Source: a virus. From it: a stretch of DNA of 64,000 bases. The stretch lies in IMG/VR virus record IMGVR_UViG_3300030109_005647, positions 64,001-128,000 of that record. One strand, given 5' to 3'. Positions 38,354 to 47,423 of the stretch are shown here, piece after piece. Position 1 is the first letter of the stretch, and every line of letters begins with the position of its first letter. A program made the position numbers and the translations under genes. Under the pieces are notes generated by a model. That model was not told where the DNA came from and did no database searches. It saw nothing but the letters and a program-made list of their open reading frames with translations.

Positions 38354-40630
38354 TTAGCATTTTTGTTGTAATGAGTTGTTACTTCCCACTCCCTCCACTG
38401 TTTTTACTTTTTTACCTGCTTTTACTTCTTCTTCGCTTGGTCTTGTACCGGGAAGCAGACTAAGAACTAAATCTCTATAAGCCTTCTTCTCTTTTCCAGT
38501 TCTATAGTGTACTTTATGACCACCGGTTGGATTAAGTCCTGCAGCAATAGCAGCTAGTTTAATTTTTCTTGTTTGTTCAAAAACAGAGAAATATCTGATT
38601 TTGTATTGAGCAGCCTTTCGTATTTGAGCTTTATCCATAGCCTCGCGGCGTTTTTTTAAACCGCTATTATCACCACCAGCATCAGGATTTTGACCATAAG
38701 GAGGACCAAGGACAACAACATTAGTGCCCCCTGACTGTAGGGATGCTAACTTTTTATAAAGTTTTTCCAGTTCTTGATCCCAAGCTCCACCAGGCTTTAA
38801 ACTTTTTGAATTAGCTTTAGCAGAACTGGCGTCGTTTCCTCCACAAGATCCAAAAATGACTGCGACAGCTTTTTGAGACGTCACAGAAGTCAATGCTGTG
38901 CCGCCCTTATTAGATTTTGAAGTTGGACCATTTAAATTACTTGACTGAGGACCGACTGCCTTTCTTCCATCTACCGCCTGCCAGCTTATTTTTGAACCAG
39001 GATAGTTCTTTTTTGCCCAAGCCAATATCGCGCCTTTGTTGGCATTTGTATTTGAATCTCCATATATATAAACTACTTTTCCATTCGCTTTAGCGGAATC
39101 TACTGCTGCTTGTGCTTTTTCATTAGCCTTTGCCACAACATTAGGAGTCTGTTCGGTTGTCTCTACTTCATTTGGTTTTTTTAAATTTTCATCGTTTTTG
39201 CTTGCTTCTGTTTTGGATTTATACCAACTGGGGTAATAGGACTCTTTCGCTTTCTTAGCTTTCGCTTTCTTAGCTGCCGCTTCAACTTCCTCGGCTGATG
39301 GATCAGGAGAATCAACCTCAACTACTGTTGTTGCTGTTGTTGTGCTTGGCACTGATACTTGCGAGCCGGTTTGTCTTTGTTTATCCAAGTCGGATATAGC
39401 TTTCATTTTTGCGCCATATTTACAAATAGATCTTGGTTGACCGTTGTAAAATTTTCCCATTGAACACCAATCAAAAGTTTGCATAGCTTTTAAAAGGTAT
39501 TGATTTCCACTTTTTGATTTTTTAACAACCGTACAAAACTTAATAAGCGCGTCGGCTTGTGCCTCTACTGATCTTGTCATGCCTATGGCACAGTCTTTTG
39601 GATCTTTATAGCCTAAAGCTTTTGGGACACCTCCCCACGGATGAATTTGGAAAATACCCCATGATGTGTTTGCGTACGCACCTTTGTCCCAAAGCGATCT
39701 CCCTTGTCCCCAAATTCCAGTGCTATTGGTAAATCTTTTACCAGCCCAAGTTACATTTGGCTGTTTTTTAAAAACTGCTCGATACTTTTTAGTCCAATGG
39801 TTGCTTATCATAAAAAGAAAATGCGGCATTTTATTTAAATCGGCTTCACCGTTCCAGTTATTTGCTTTTGGCTTACGACCACCAGTTTCAGTAATTATAA
39901 ATCCCCTAATGAGTGAGATGTCGCAATTCAATGTTTGTGATATATGTTTTAATACAGGAAGAGGAATATTTCTATCTAACGCTTCTAATTTACCAAGTAA
40001 GCTGCGAGTACCAAATTTATGACCATTGGTTCCACCGCCGGTGGCACCTTTCATGGCGCACTCGCCAAAGTGACCCGATGCTGCTAACCTTCTTGCTACA
40101 GCGTCAAATCCTGCACCAGCTAAAGGAAACTCAAATAATGGATCAGTTAACGTTACAGGATCTCCAAAACTTACAGCGACTTTAGCTCCAGGGGTCGGAG
40201 TTTCACCTAGATAATCATATGATTTAAAAATACCTAAATTTGCTACAATATCTTCAATTTTTTTAACATAATCATCATAACCAGCTTCTCCAGGCTGTTT
40301 AAGATCTGGGGTTTCTATATGTGTTAACGAGGGTACATTGACGATTGCCAAAAACGGTTCAAAATTTTCACTTTGTATGTTTTCTTCAGATAGTTTTACG
40401 CTAGCCAATAGTGGATCAAAAAACAAGTTCCCCGCTGTGGATAAGCCATCTGGAAATACTTGTGCTATGAAGTCCCCATAAAATATATTTTTTGATTTAT
40501 AGCTATCGCTCTGTGCTTGGCTTTGCGCTTGATTTTTTAACCATCCAACAAAATCTCCATTTATCTTGTCAAAAGGGACTGAATCTACGGGGGTGCTAGT
40601 ATTATTTAAGAAAGAACGATTTTTTGCCAT
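38354..40630 (-). CDS. Tail-associated N-acetylmuramidase (DUF3380-like) fused to an SGNH hydrolase
   Basis: Muramidase: IITETGG, TSWGIFQI, DWCSMGKFYNG..KY. SGNH: IYGDSNT, VDGR, GGNDA, VVLGPP, HKVH. N-terminal PTPGAKVAVSFGDP resembles the gp5 OB-fold. Confidence 0.72.
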   Translation of the reverse strand: MAKNRSFLNNTSTPVDSVPFDKINGDFVGWLKNQAQSQAQSDSYKSKNIFYGDFIAQVFPDGLSTAGNLFFDPLLASVKLSEENIQSENFEPFLAIVNVPSLTHIETPDLKQPGEAGYDDYVKKIEDIVANLGIFKSYDYLGETPTPGAKVAVSFGDPVTLTDPLFEFPLAGAGFDAVARRLAASGHFGECAMKGATGGGTNGHKFGTRSLLGKLEALDRNIPLPVLKHISQTLNCDISLIRGFIITETGGRKPKANNWNGEADLNKMPHFLFMISNHWTKKYRAVFKKQPNVTWAGKRFTNSTGIWGQGRSLWDKGAYANTSWGIFQIHPWGGVPKALGYKDPKDCAIGMTRSVEAQADALIKFCTVVKKSKSGNQYLLKAMQTFDWCSMGKFYNGQPRSICKYGAKMKAISDLDKQRQTGSQVSVPSTTTATTVVEVDSPDPSAEEVEAAAKKAKAKKAKESYYPSWYKSKTEASKNDENLKKPNEVETTEQTPNVVAKANEKAQAAVDSAKANGKVVYIYGDSNTNANKGAILAWAKKNYPGSKISWQAVDGRKAVGPQSSNLNGPTSKSNKGGTALTSVTSQKAVAVIFGSCGGNDASSAKANSKSLKPGGAWDQELEKLYKKLASLQSGGTNVVVLGPPYGQNPDAGGDNSGLKKRREAMDKAQIRKAAQYKIRYFSVFEQTRKIKLAAIAAGLNPTGGHKVHYRTGKEKKAYRDLVLSLLPGTRPSEEEVKAGKKVKTVEGVGSNNSLQQKC

Positions 40631-40633
40631 CCT

Positions 40634-40930
40634 TTATTTTTCCCCTTGGATTACGTCAAAAAGCTCTCTTTTGTCGTCTTCCGATAGTTCTACACTAGAA
40701 TCAGTTTTCTTAGCCATAATGGACGTAAGTTTTACTAATTGTTCATTGGATCTTTGTAAAGTTTCTACATACTTGGCTGCGATCAAACCTAAATCTTTGT
40801 GAGTTTCTTGACCATTGGTGATTTCTGCAAAAACTTGTGTGAGGAGTGTGGCTGTGATATCGCGATCGTCGCGAATATTGTCTATTGCTTCTTTAATGTA
40901 GACCTCTAGGTCCTTTACTGATCGTCCCAT
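40634..40930 (-). CDS. Small helical hypothetical protein
   Basis: 98 aa; overlaps the sigma-like gene's end. Confidence 0.6.
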   Translation of the reverse strand: MGRSVKDLEVYIKEAIDNIRDDRDITATLLTQVFAEITNGQETHKDLGLIAAKYVETLQRSNEQLVKLTSIMAKKTDSSVELSEDDKRELFDVIQGEK

Positions 40931-41613
40931 TCTTTTTTAAACTCCGCGTATCTCTTACGCACCTTGTTTAGAGAACTTACAACCTGCTTTGTGTTAAGCC
41001 CAGTTATCTCTCTAATATACAAGTAAATAGCTTTTTTGTTAAAAATTTCTATATTACTCGCTTCGTTAAAAAGAATCTCGATTGCTTTAATAGTCTTCAC
41101 TTCATTTTCGCGGAGGGGCATCTTTTTCCAACCTTCAATTTCTTTATTAAGGTGTGAGAAAAATTCATGCTTGTTTCTATCTTCAATATAGGTATTGTGA
41201 ACTACTAATTGTTGTATAGTGGTTGTATTTGACTGACCGGAGTGAGTTAGAAAATATTCTTCAAGATGGGTTTCTCTTTTAGCCTTTTTGGAGGTTTTTT
41301 TAACTTCCGCAATGAACCAATTTTTTGAAACAACACTAAAATAGGTGAACGCTTTGGAGCCTTTATCTGGATCGAAGTTGTTTAAAACAGTAATGAGCCA
41401 GTTTTTACAATCGTCTTTGAGTGAGTCAATATTAGGGAGAGATGTGAACTTATAAGTGTAAACTATCTTGTCAACCATTTCGTCAAACACTGGTCCAATG
41501 TATTCTTTGTAAAGCTCGTTGCGGCGCTTGGGCTCTTGCGTTTGACAATACTCCACAATAGCATCTTGATGCTCTCTGCGAAAATAATGGTTTTTAGTTC
41601 TCTTCCTTGGCAT
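40915..41613 (-). CDS. Phage sigma-70-like factor (T4 gp55-like late sigma)
   Basis: NNFDPDKGSKAFTYFSVVSKN matches sigma region 2.3-2.4; HTH-like C-terminus IREITGLNTKQV. Start at ATG 41613 (MPRKRTKNHYF). Confidence 0.7.
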   Translation of the reverse strand: MPRKRTKNHYFRREHQDAIVEYCQTQEPKRRNELYKEYIGPVFDEMVDKIVYTYKFTSLPNIDSLKDDCKNWLITVLNNFDPDKGSKAFTYFSVVSKNWFIAEVKKTSKKAKRETHLEEYFLTHSGQSNTTTIQQLVVHNTYIEDRNKHEFFSHLNKEIEGWKKMPLRENEVKTIKAIEILFNEASNIEIFNKKAIYLYIREITGLNTKQVVSSLNKVRKRYAEFKKEWDDQ

Positions 41614-41884
41614 ACTCTTCTTCCTCTTGTCTAAGGACACGCTGAAAACTTTGGCATTCCTCAACGAGAGATTTTGAGTGACGAAGTAGGTTTCCTAGTG
41701 TTTCGTCGCCATAAAAACGCTCAAGACCATTAACAATGTTAATATGATCTCTGTATTCTTCTAGTGTTTCACTGAAGCCGTCTAATTCTTCTTGAAAAGT
41801 TAAAAACCTCCTTAAGAGTTGAACGATATACCAGACAAAAACAATATTAAGAATGGTTGAGAGAGTCAAGAAAAGGTGTGTCAT
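41594..41884 (-). CDS. Membrane-anchored coiled-coil protein
   Basis: N-terminal TM LFLTLSTILNIVFVWYIV; conserved-looking FYGDETL. Confidence 0.6.
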   Translation of the reverse strand: MTHLFLTLSTILNIVFVWYIVQLLRRFLTFQEELDGFSETLEEYRDHINIVNGLERFYGDETLGNLLRHSKSLVEECQSFQRVLRQEEEEYAKEEN

Positions 41885-42129
41885 CTGCTACTATCTAGTT
41901 CCTTTTTTTGATTTTTGAGATCTTCTTTTGAGTTTTCAATAAACTCATTCGTTAAATCACCAGTTTTTTTCTTTTTTTGCTGTTTATTAGCATTATAGGA
42001 GAAGTTTGTTGGCTTTCGTCCAATGTTTTTAGAACTACACCAAGGGCATTCATCTATTGATTCGGACATTAAATGGTTTTCTTTCCACTCTCCTAAACAG
42101 TCTCCACACTGATAAACATAAATTGGCAA
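41881..42129 (-). CDS. FmdB-type zinc-ribbon protein
   Basis: MPIYVYQCGDC...CPWCSS; TTG start after AAGGAG. Confidence 0.8.
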   Translation of the reverse strand: MPIYVYQCGDCLGEWKENHLMSESIDECPWCSSKNIGRKPTNFSYNANKQQKKKKTGDLTNEFIENSKEDLKNQKKELDSSR

Positions 42130-42141
42130 TTTAGCTCTCCT

Positions 42142-42375
42142 TTATAGCGTGTCGGGTTGATCGGTAATGACATCCCAATCTGTTGACGACGTTGTGTTGT
42201 CATTAAGTTTCACTAGCGGCGGATTTAAAACAACTAATCCTTCTGGTGAGCTTGTCATCTTAAAATTCTCCAACATTGGAACAATATCAGATTGCTCCAT
42301 TAGAGATTTTTGCAGTGCCATCATTAGCGCACCAATAGCTTGTTTTGATAAATTTGTATGTTTTACTTCAGTCAT
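42142..42375 (-). CDS. Hypothetical protein
   Basis: 77 aa; AAGGAG RBS. Confidence 0.6.
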   Translation of the reverse strand: MTEVKHTNLSKQAIGALMMALQKSLMEQSDIVPMLENFKMTSSPEGLVVLNPPLVKLNDNTTSSTDWDVITDQPDTL

Positions 42376-42384
42376 GTTTACTCC

Positions 42385-43224
42385 TTATTCTTCACTAACT
42401 GCGCGACCTTTAAGCTGTTCCCAGTCTTTTTCTGGTCTTACTTCTAAATTTTTATTCCAAACCGATTTTAACACTGCAGGGTTCATACCTGCTGATTCAG
42501 CAAAACTGATCAAAGCGTTGATATCTTTTGGAAAACACGAGCCTCCAAATCCAAATTTGCCATCAGGACCAGGGGAGCTAAAATGTGTTTTACCTATTCT
42601 TTGGTCGTAAAGACCATACTCTACTACTTTATCATAGTCTACGTTTATTTTTTCACATACTTGTCTAATTTCATTAGAAAAACTAACCTTTGTAGCCAGA
42701 AAACAATTAGTAAAGTATTTTACCATCTCTGCTGTGTTTGATCCTGTTTTGATTATGGATGCCGTAGGATAACACTTTCTATAAAGATTCTTAACTTTTG
42801 TAGTTCCAGGTCTTGGACCACCAATTATAACTCTATTTTGATTTTTAAAATCATTAATAAAATTAGCCTCGGTTAAGAACTCTGGATTAAATAACACTTG
42901 TAAATTGTTACATTCTTTGTTAAATTTTTCAGTTGTTCCTGGTAAAACTGTAGATTTTATAACTGCAATGTTGTCGTTGCCAAAAGAGTCTAGCTTGTAA
43001 ACCGTTTCAGAGACGATAGATAAGTCACAGTCTCCACTTTTTCTCATCGGAGTGGGAAGGCAAACAAAAATAATCTCTGCCCTCTGGCTTAATTGTTCAA
43101 GAGAATCACAGGTTGATTGTTTAAATTTATCATAAGTTTCAATCTGAACAAAGTCCTTAAAGCCTTCTCTTATGGCAGTTCCAACAAAACCTTGTCCTAC
43201 CACTCCAATCGTATTATTTTTCAT
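42385..43224 (-). CDS. ugd: UDP-glucose/GDP-mannose dehydrogenase family (short form)
   Basis: GQGFVG, CLPTP, IKSTVLPG, NPEFL, AEMVKYFTNCFLATKVSFSNE, catalytic GFGGSCFPKD. Confidence 0.9.
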   Translation of the reverse strand: MKNNTIGVVGQGFVGTAIREGFKDFVQIETYDKFKQSTCDSLEQLSQRAEIIFVCLPTPMRKSGDCDLSIVSETVYKLDSFGNDNIAVIKSTVLPGTTEKFNKECNNLQVLFNPEFLTEANFINDFKNQNRVIIGGPRPGTTKVKNLYRKCYPTASIIKTGSNTAEMVKYFTNCFLATKVSFSNEIRQVCEKINVDYDKVVEYGLYDQRIGKTHFSSPGPDGKFGFGGSCFPKDINALISFAESAGMNPAVLKSVWNKNLEVRPEKDWEQLKGRAVSEE

Positions 43225-44077
43225 TTTTCAACCTCTCAAAGCACTTATTTATTCCTTCTTTAATTGCAACTGATGTTTGCCAGCCAAGTTGTTTTATTTT
43301 ATCAGTCTTAGCACACGTAAATAAAACATCTCCCTTTCTCTTTCCAACATAATCGAACCTAACACTTGGTAGGTTTTTTTGTACTATTTCTTTAATTTCA
43401 TTTAAAGAAATATTTGTCCCGGTGCCAATGTCGTAATGCTCGCCATTAAAATCACCCTTTCTTGTCATCGCAAAAATGTTTGCACGCACAGCATCAGAGA
43501 CATGAAGCATGTCTCTACACTGATCTCCCTCTCCTGTGATATACGGATTTACGCCCTTTCTTATACTGTCCATCCAGTTGGCAATTGCAGTGCAATAAGG
43601 ACCGTCTACAGTCTGATCTTCCGAGTATACATTAAAATATCTAAGAGATACTGTATCTAAATCATATAAATCTGAATATAGTTTGCATTCCATCTCGGAT
43701 ACTAATTTTTGTAAAGCATAGGGACTCGTAGGTCCATTACCATTACCCACAACAGAAGAAGAGCTAGAATAGATAACCCTTTTTGCTCCAACTTGTTTAG
43801 CAAAATCTAAAACACAGCTTGTGCATAAAACATTATTTTCCATCGTTATAACAGGGTTTTCTACACTATAAGCAACGCGTGGGAAACAAGCTAAATGAAA
43901 AACATATTCTGGTTTGAAATTATAGTAATGAGGGTGAAATTTATCCTTGAGGTCTTTTTTTATGTCATGACCTTCTACCAGATCGATACCTAATACCTCG
44001 TGACCCGCTTCTTCTAGCGCTTTAACGAGATGGCTTCCTATGTATCCGCGATGACCAGTAACCAAACATCTACTCAT
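43214..44077 (-). CDS. NAD-dependent nucleotide-sugar epimerase/dehydratase (extended SDR)
   Basis: LVTGHRGYIG, SSSSV, YALQK (YxxxK), LRYFNVY, RDMLHVSD. Confidence 0.9.
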   Translation of the reverse strand: MSRCLVTGHRGYIGSHLVKALEEAGHEVLGIDLVEGHDIKKDLKDKFHPHYYNFKPEYVFHLACFPRVAYSVENPVITMENNVLCTSCVLDFAKQVGAKRVIYSSSSSVVGNGNGPTSPYALQKLVSEMECKLYSDLYDLDTVSLRYFNVYSEDQTVDGPYCTAIANWMDSIRKGVNPYITGEGDQCRDMLHVSDAVRANIFAMTRKGDFNGEHYDIGTGTNISLNEIKEIVQKNLPSVRFDYVGKRKGDVLFTCAKTDKIKQLGWQTSVAIKEGINKCFERLKNEK

Positions 44078-44095
44078 TTAACTCTCCGTGTTTCT

Positions 44096-44103
44096 TAAAT
44101 ATT
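44096..44103 (-). promoter_or_regulatory. Candidate promoter variant AATATTTA (overlaps a TATAAT)
   Basis: Intergenic; TATTTA ends 19 nt before the 44077 start. Confidence 0.4.
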
Positions 44104-44125
44104 ATACATCATCTCATTTAATAAT

Positions 44126-44950
44126 TTAATTAATTTTAAATTGATGTGGCTTATCCCAAAAACCTTTAGCTTCGACCATTCTCTCTTCTTCGTACACCAG
44201 CTTCTTATTCAAAACATACTCTTCAAAATTTATTATTGGATAAACATCTAGCTTTGTTTTTTTAGATGCATTAAAAAATTTAACGCTTTTGTCTTTTTCT
44301 AAAAACTTTTTATATGCAAGAGAATGTATATTTCTCATCTGATTATTTGCTTTGTATACTTTATTTTCTGGTATATCAGCCCTATAAGATTTATCAAAGT
44401 GGTTAGGATCGCTGGTTGAGCCTCTATCTGCCGTCCAGCCTAAATCGGCGCCTACAAAAATAATTTCATTAAAGCCCATATAATAAGATAACTGTAGTGC
44501 TAAACTTATAGTAGTTGCGCTCTTGTCAATCCTGTCAACAACATTGGTTGAAAAGCAGCTTTCTAGAATATTTCCAGATGTATCCGGCTTGTTTTCTGAC
44601 ATAGAATCAAACCATTTTATTTGTGGATATTTATTTTTAGGATCGATAGTTGGTTTAAAGATTCGTGCTATAAAGGATGTTGTTTTTGGATCAGACGCGG
44701 ACCTTCTTACTGATTCTGTCCAAGCAGAACCCCACACTGGGTTTCTAACATTAGTAGAAGAAAATAAATAATAAGTTGGTTTCCATTTTGGATTCTTATC
44801 ATAAATAAGAGAAATTCTATTCATAGCTATTGTTGTTTCATTTTTTAACAAATCTAAATTAGTTTCAGCTAGACTTGGACCATTTGCTATGATAAAAACC
44901 CTCTGTGCAGTGTGCCTGTCTTTAAATTGTTCAAATACTGTATTTTTCAT
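44126..44950 (-). CDS. DUF115/Maf-GT42-like (CMP-ulosonate-type) glycosyltransferase domain protein
   Basis: FIIANGPSL, IAMNRI, ALQLSYYMGFNEIIFVGADL, DPNHF. Confidence 0.72.
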   Translation of the reverse strand: MKNTVFEQFKDRHTAQRVFIIANGPSLAETNLDLLKNETTIAMNRISLIYDKNPKWKPTYYLFSSTNVRNPVWGSAWTESVRRSASDPKTTSFIARIFKPTIDPKNKYPQIKWFDSMSENKPDTSGNILESCFSTNVVDRIDKSATTISLALQLSYYMGFNEIIFVGADLGWTADRGSTSDPNHFDKSYRADIPENKVYKANNQMRNIHSLAYKKFLEKDKSVKFFNASKKTKLDVYPIINFEEYVLNKKLVYEEERMVEAKGFWDKPHQFKIN

Positions 44951-44951
44951 T

Positions 44952-45647
44952 TTAACTTTCCTCTGTGAACAACATTACTGTTCTTTTATAGTTTAAACCA
45001 CTTTTTCTATCCTCATAAGTGTGATAACCGTTTATCCCATTTTTTTTCATTCTATCGATTACATACTTTTTTGTTGGCGTATAATGCAATCCGTTCCACT
45101 CATTAGATTTAGAATTGCCACCATGGTATTTGTATGTTGATTCTTCACTATCTAAAGTTTTAAATTCTAATATTATGTTTTTGCCTATTGCAGCTAGCTT
45201 ATCTAAACAAGCATCCATATTTGGTACACGATGTATTAAACCCAAACCAAGAACTATATCAAATTTATTCTTTTCGTCTAATTTGTATAAGTCAAACACT
45301 TCAAATTTAGTGTTTTCAAGACCATAAACATCTTTAGCAAAATTTGCTCTTTCTATTCTTGTATGATCGGGGTCGATGCCGTAAACCTTTGACATTTCTT
45401 TTTTCGCTGACATTATAGAAAAATATCCGTCACTGCATCCTACATCAATCATTGTCTTTCCTTTTGGAGATAGGCTTTCTACAATTGGATCTAATCTTTT
45501 CCATTTGTTTGTATTGAACCCAGGGCTGTTCACTTTATTGCTGACGGTTTTTATTCCCCCTGGAAACTCGTATAAATGATTCCAAGATTTTTCTAATTTA
45601 AATTTTTTTACTTTTTCTTTTATTTCTTCCTTTGTGTATTTAGACAT
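44952..45647 (-). CDS. Class I SAM-dependent methyltransferase (CmoB/DUF1698-like)
   Basis: MIDVGCSDGYFS, GIDPD, FDIVLGLGLIH. Confidence 0.85.
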   Translation of the reverse strand: MSKYTKEEIKEKVKKFKLEKSWNHLYEFPGGIKTVSNKVNSPGFNTNKWKRLDPIVESLSPKGKTMIDVGCSDGYFSIMSAKKEMSKVYGIDPDHTRIERANFAKDVYGLENTKFEVFDLYKLDEKNKFDIVLGLGLIHRVPNMDACLDKLAAIGKNIILEFKTLDSEESTYKYHGGNSKSNEWNGLHYTPTKKYVIDRMKKNGINGYHTYEDRKSGLNYKRTVMLFTEES

Positions 45648-46353
45648 TTAAATAAACCTCCATAATTTTTTGTGCCTCGGCAGATGTTAGAAATCCACTT
45701 CTGACGGACGCCCAAGACGATGCATCTTTACTATCGTATACTTCCAAAAAGTCACTCTTTTCTCTACCTTGTAACTCTCTTGGTTTTGCAAATTTTACGC
45801 TCTCATAAGATACAGGTAACTCTTGATCTGGAAACAAAGCAAAGAACACAGAAGTGCGATGATTACCACTAACAATATAAAATTTTTTTAAATTATTTTT
45901 TTTAATAAAGTATCCAGTGATATTTCCTTGTTTGCGATCAGGAAATTGTTTTGGACTATATCCGTTTTCTCTAAAAGAATCAATTAGTTGCTTTATCTTT
46001 AAAACTTGTTTATAAACAAAATCTTCTGTTTCAAAGCTTATAAACGCAATATCAGTCATTGTTTTTAAGGGTTTTTTGTAAATCCAAGGTAAAAATGGAT
46101 TAGTCACTGTATAATTTTTCAGTTTATCAACCGCATTGTATAAACTATAAATTGAATCTGGAGAATATGAAATGTAATGTTTATACAGTGGGCTTTCCTT
46201 GTAATAAGAAGCGGCATTAAACTTAGTTTCTGCGCTCTCCATATCGATAATTTGTTTTGCTGTTCTATAACAGGGGTTTTTTTCAACACCGATCGGTATT
46301 CTACTTAAATTACAAACATCGGATTTTTTTATTTTAATTAATTGACTATTCAT
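45640..46353 (-). CDS. Hypothetical protein with a ParB/Srx-like motif
   Basis: LIDSFRENGY..FYIVSGNHR (cf. DGxHR). Confidence 0.55.
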   Translation of the reverse strand: MNSQLIKIKKSDVCNLSRIPIGVEKNPCYRTAKQIIDMESAETKFNAASYYKESPLYKHYISYSPDSIYSLYNAVDKLKNYTVTNPFLPWIYKKPLKTMTDIAFISFETEDFVYKQVLKIKQLIDSFRENGYSPKQFPDRKQGNITGYFIKKNNLKKFYIVSGNHRTSVFFALFPDQELPVSYESVKFAKPRELQGREKSDFLEVYDSKDASSWASVRSGFLTSAEAQKIMEVYLNV

Positions 46354-46357
46354 TTTT

Positions 46358-47422
46358 TTATTTTAGATAACTACTAAGCTTGTCATTTCTTTTTATAGAA
46401 ATTGCGGCGCAAGATGGATATGGATTAGTGGCAGCAAAATCATTAATTATAATCCTCTTACTATGATTACAATTAGAAATAATTGTCTTGTATGTTATAC
46501 CTTTTTCTTTTAAGTATTCTTTAACCACGCTTAAGTATTTTTCTGGTCGAGCCGTCATAAATATAATTTCGTTTCCTGTATCTGACAAGCGTTTTAAGAT
46601 TTCAACATTTTCTTCTATAGGTTTGAAGTAGTTGGACCAGTTCCTAGAGCCATATTTGCCACAATTTTCCAGTATAACACCGTCTATATCAAAAACATAT
46701 GTATTATGTTTTTCCATTTCTTTGTACCACTCATTTGCAGTTCCCCAATCTACATAACGATCAGCTTCAACATATTCAAAAATATGAGAATTACAAATTA
46801 TCAAATAAGATATGACATGGCTGACGTATATTTCATTTTCATGCTTATATACATCACTGGAACATATATTTTCATATGCTCGAACAAAATCTATTGAGTC
46901 AACACAATATACACCCAAGCAAATTATGTTAGATACCATCTCTTTTTCTAGAATATCAACAATAACATCATCATCGTTTTTAATGATAAAACTCTTTTGT
47001 TGCAATCTATCCACCTGTACATTGTGATCTATAGTTAAACCTACAATGTGATCTTTTTCTGGTAGGTAATTTATTTCGACTACGCAGTCAGAGTCTTTTA
47101 TTGTTAGCTGTCCAGATAGATTTGCCTGCTGAATGGTCTTATAAACCGTTTCAGCAGAGCAAGTGGTAGGCTTTTCTAGTATTATAATCTCAACCGTATC
47201 CCCAAAAGCCTGATTTAGAATAATATCTGCTTCATAAACATCACAGTGTTCTCTCAAAACCGTAATTATTGTTTTCTCATATCTTTGATAATTCGAAGAG
47301 GTCAAAACCTTTTCAATCATTAAATGTCCAGATGGATGTGTAAGCAACCATTTTGGTTTCATGTTGGGATACCTGCTTGACTTACCAGCGGCAGGAATAA
47401 GTAGGGTTTTTTGTTTTAACAT
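46358..47422 (-). CDS. Sugar-phosphate nucleotidyltransferase fused to a HAD phosphatase
   Basis: LLIPAAGKSSRY..KPKW, DSD, DWGT; C-terminal FDIDGV, MTAR, IIND. Start at ATG 47422. Confidence 0.82.
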   Translation of the reverse strand: MLKQKTLLIPAAGKSSRYPNMKPKWLLTHPSGHLMIEKVLTSSNYQRYEKTIITVLREHCDVYEADIILNQAFGDTVEIIILEKPTTCSAETVYKTIQQANLSGQLTIKDSDCVVEINYLPEKDHIVGLTIDHNVQVDRLQQKSFIIKNDDDVIVDILEKEMVSNIICLGVYCVDSIDFVRAYENICSSDVYKHENEIYVSHVISYLIICNSHIFEYVEADRYVDWGTANEWYKEMEKHNTYVFDIDGVILENCGKYGSRNWSNYFKPIEENVEILKRLSDTGNEIIFMTARPEKYLSVVKEYLKEKGITYKTIISNCNHSKRIIINDFAATNPYPSCAAISIKRNDKLSSYLK

Positions 47423-47423
47423 T

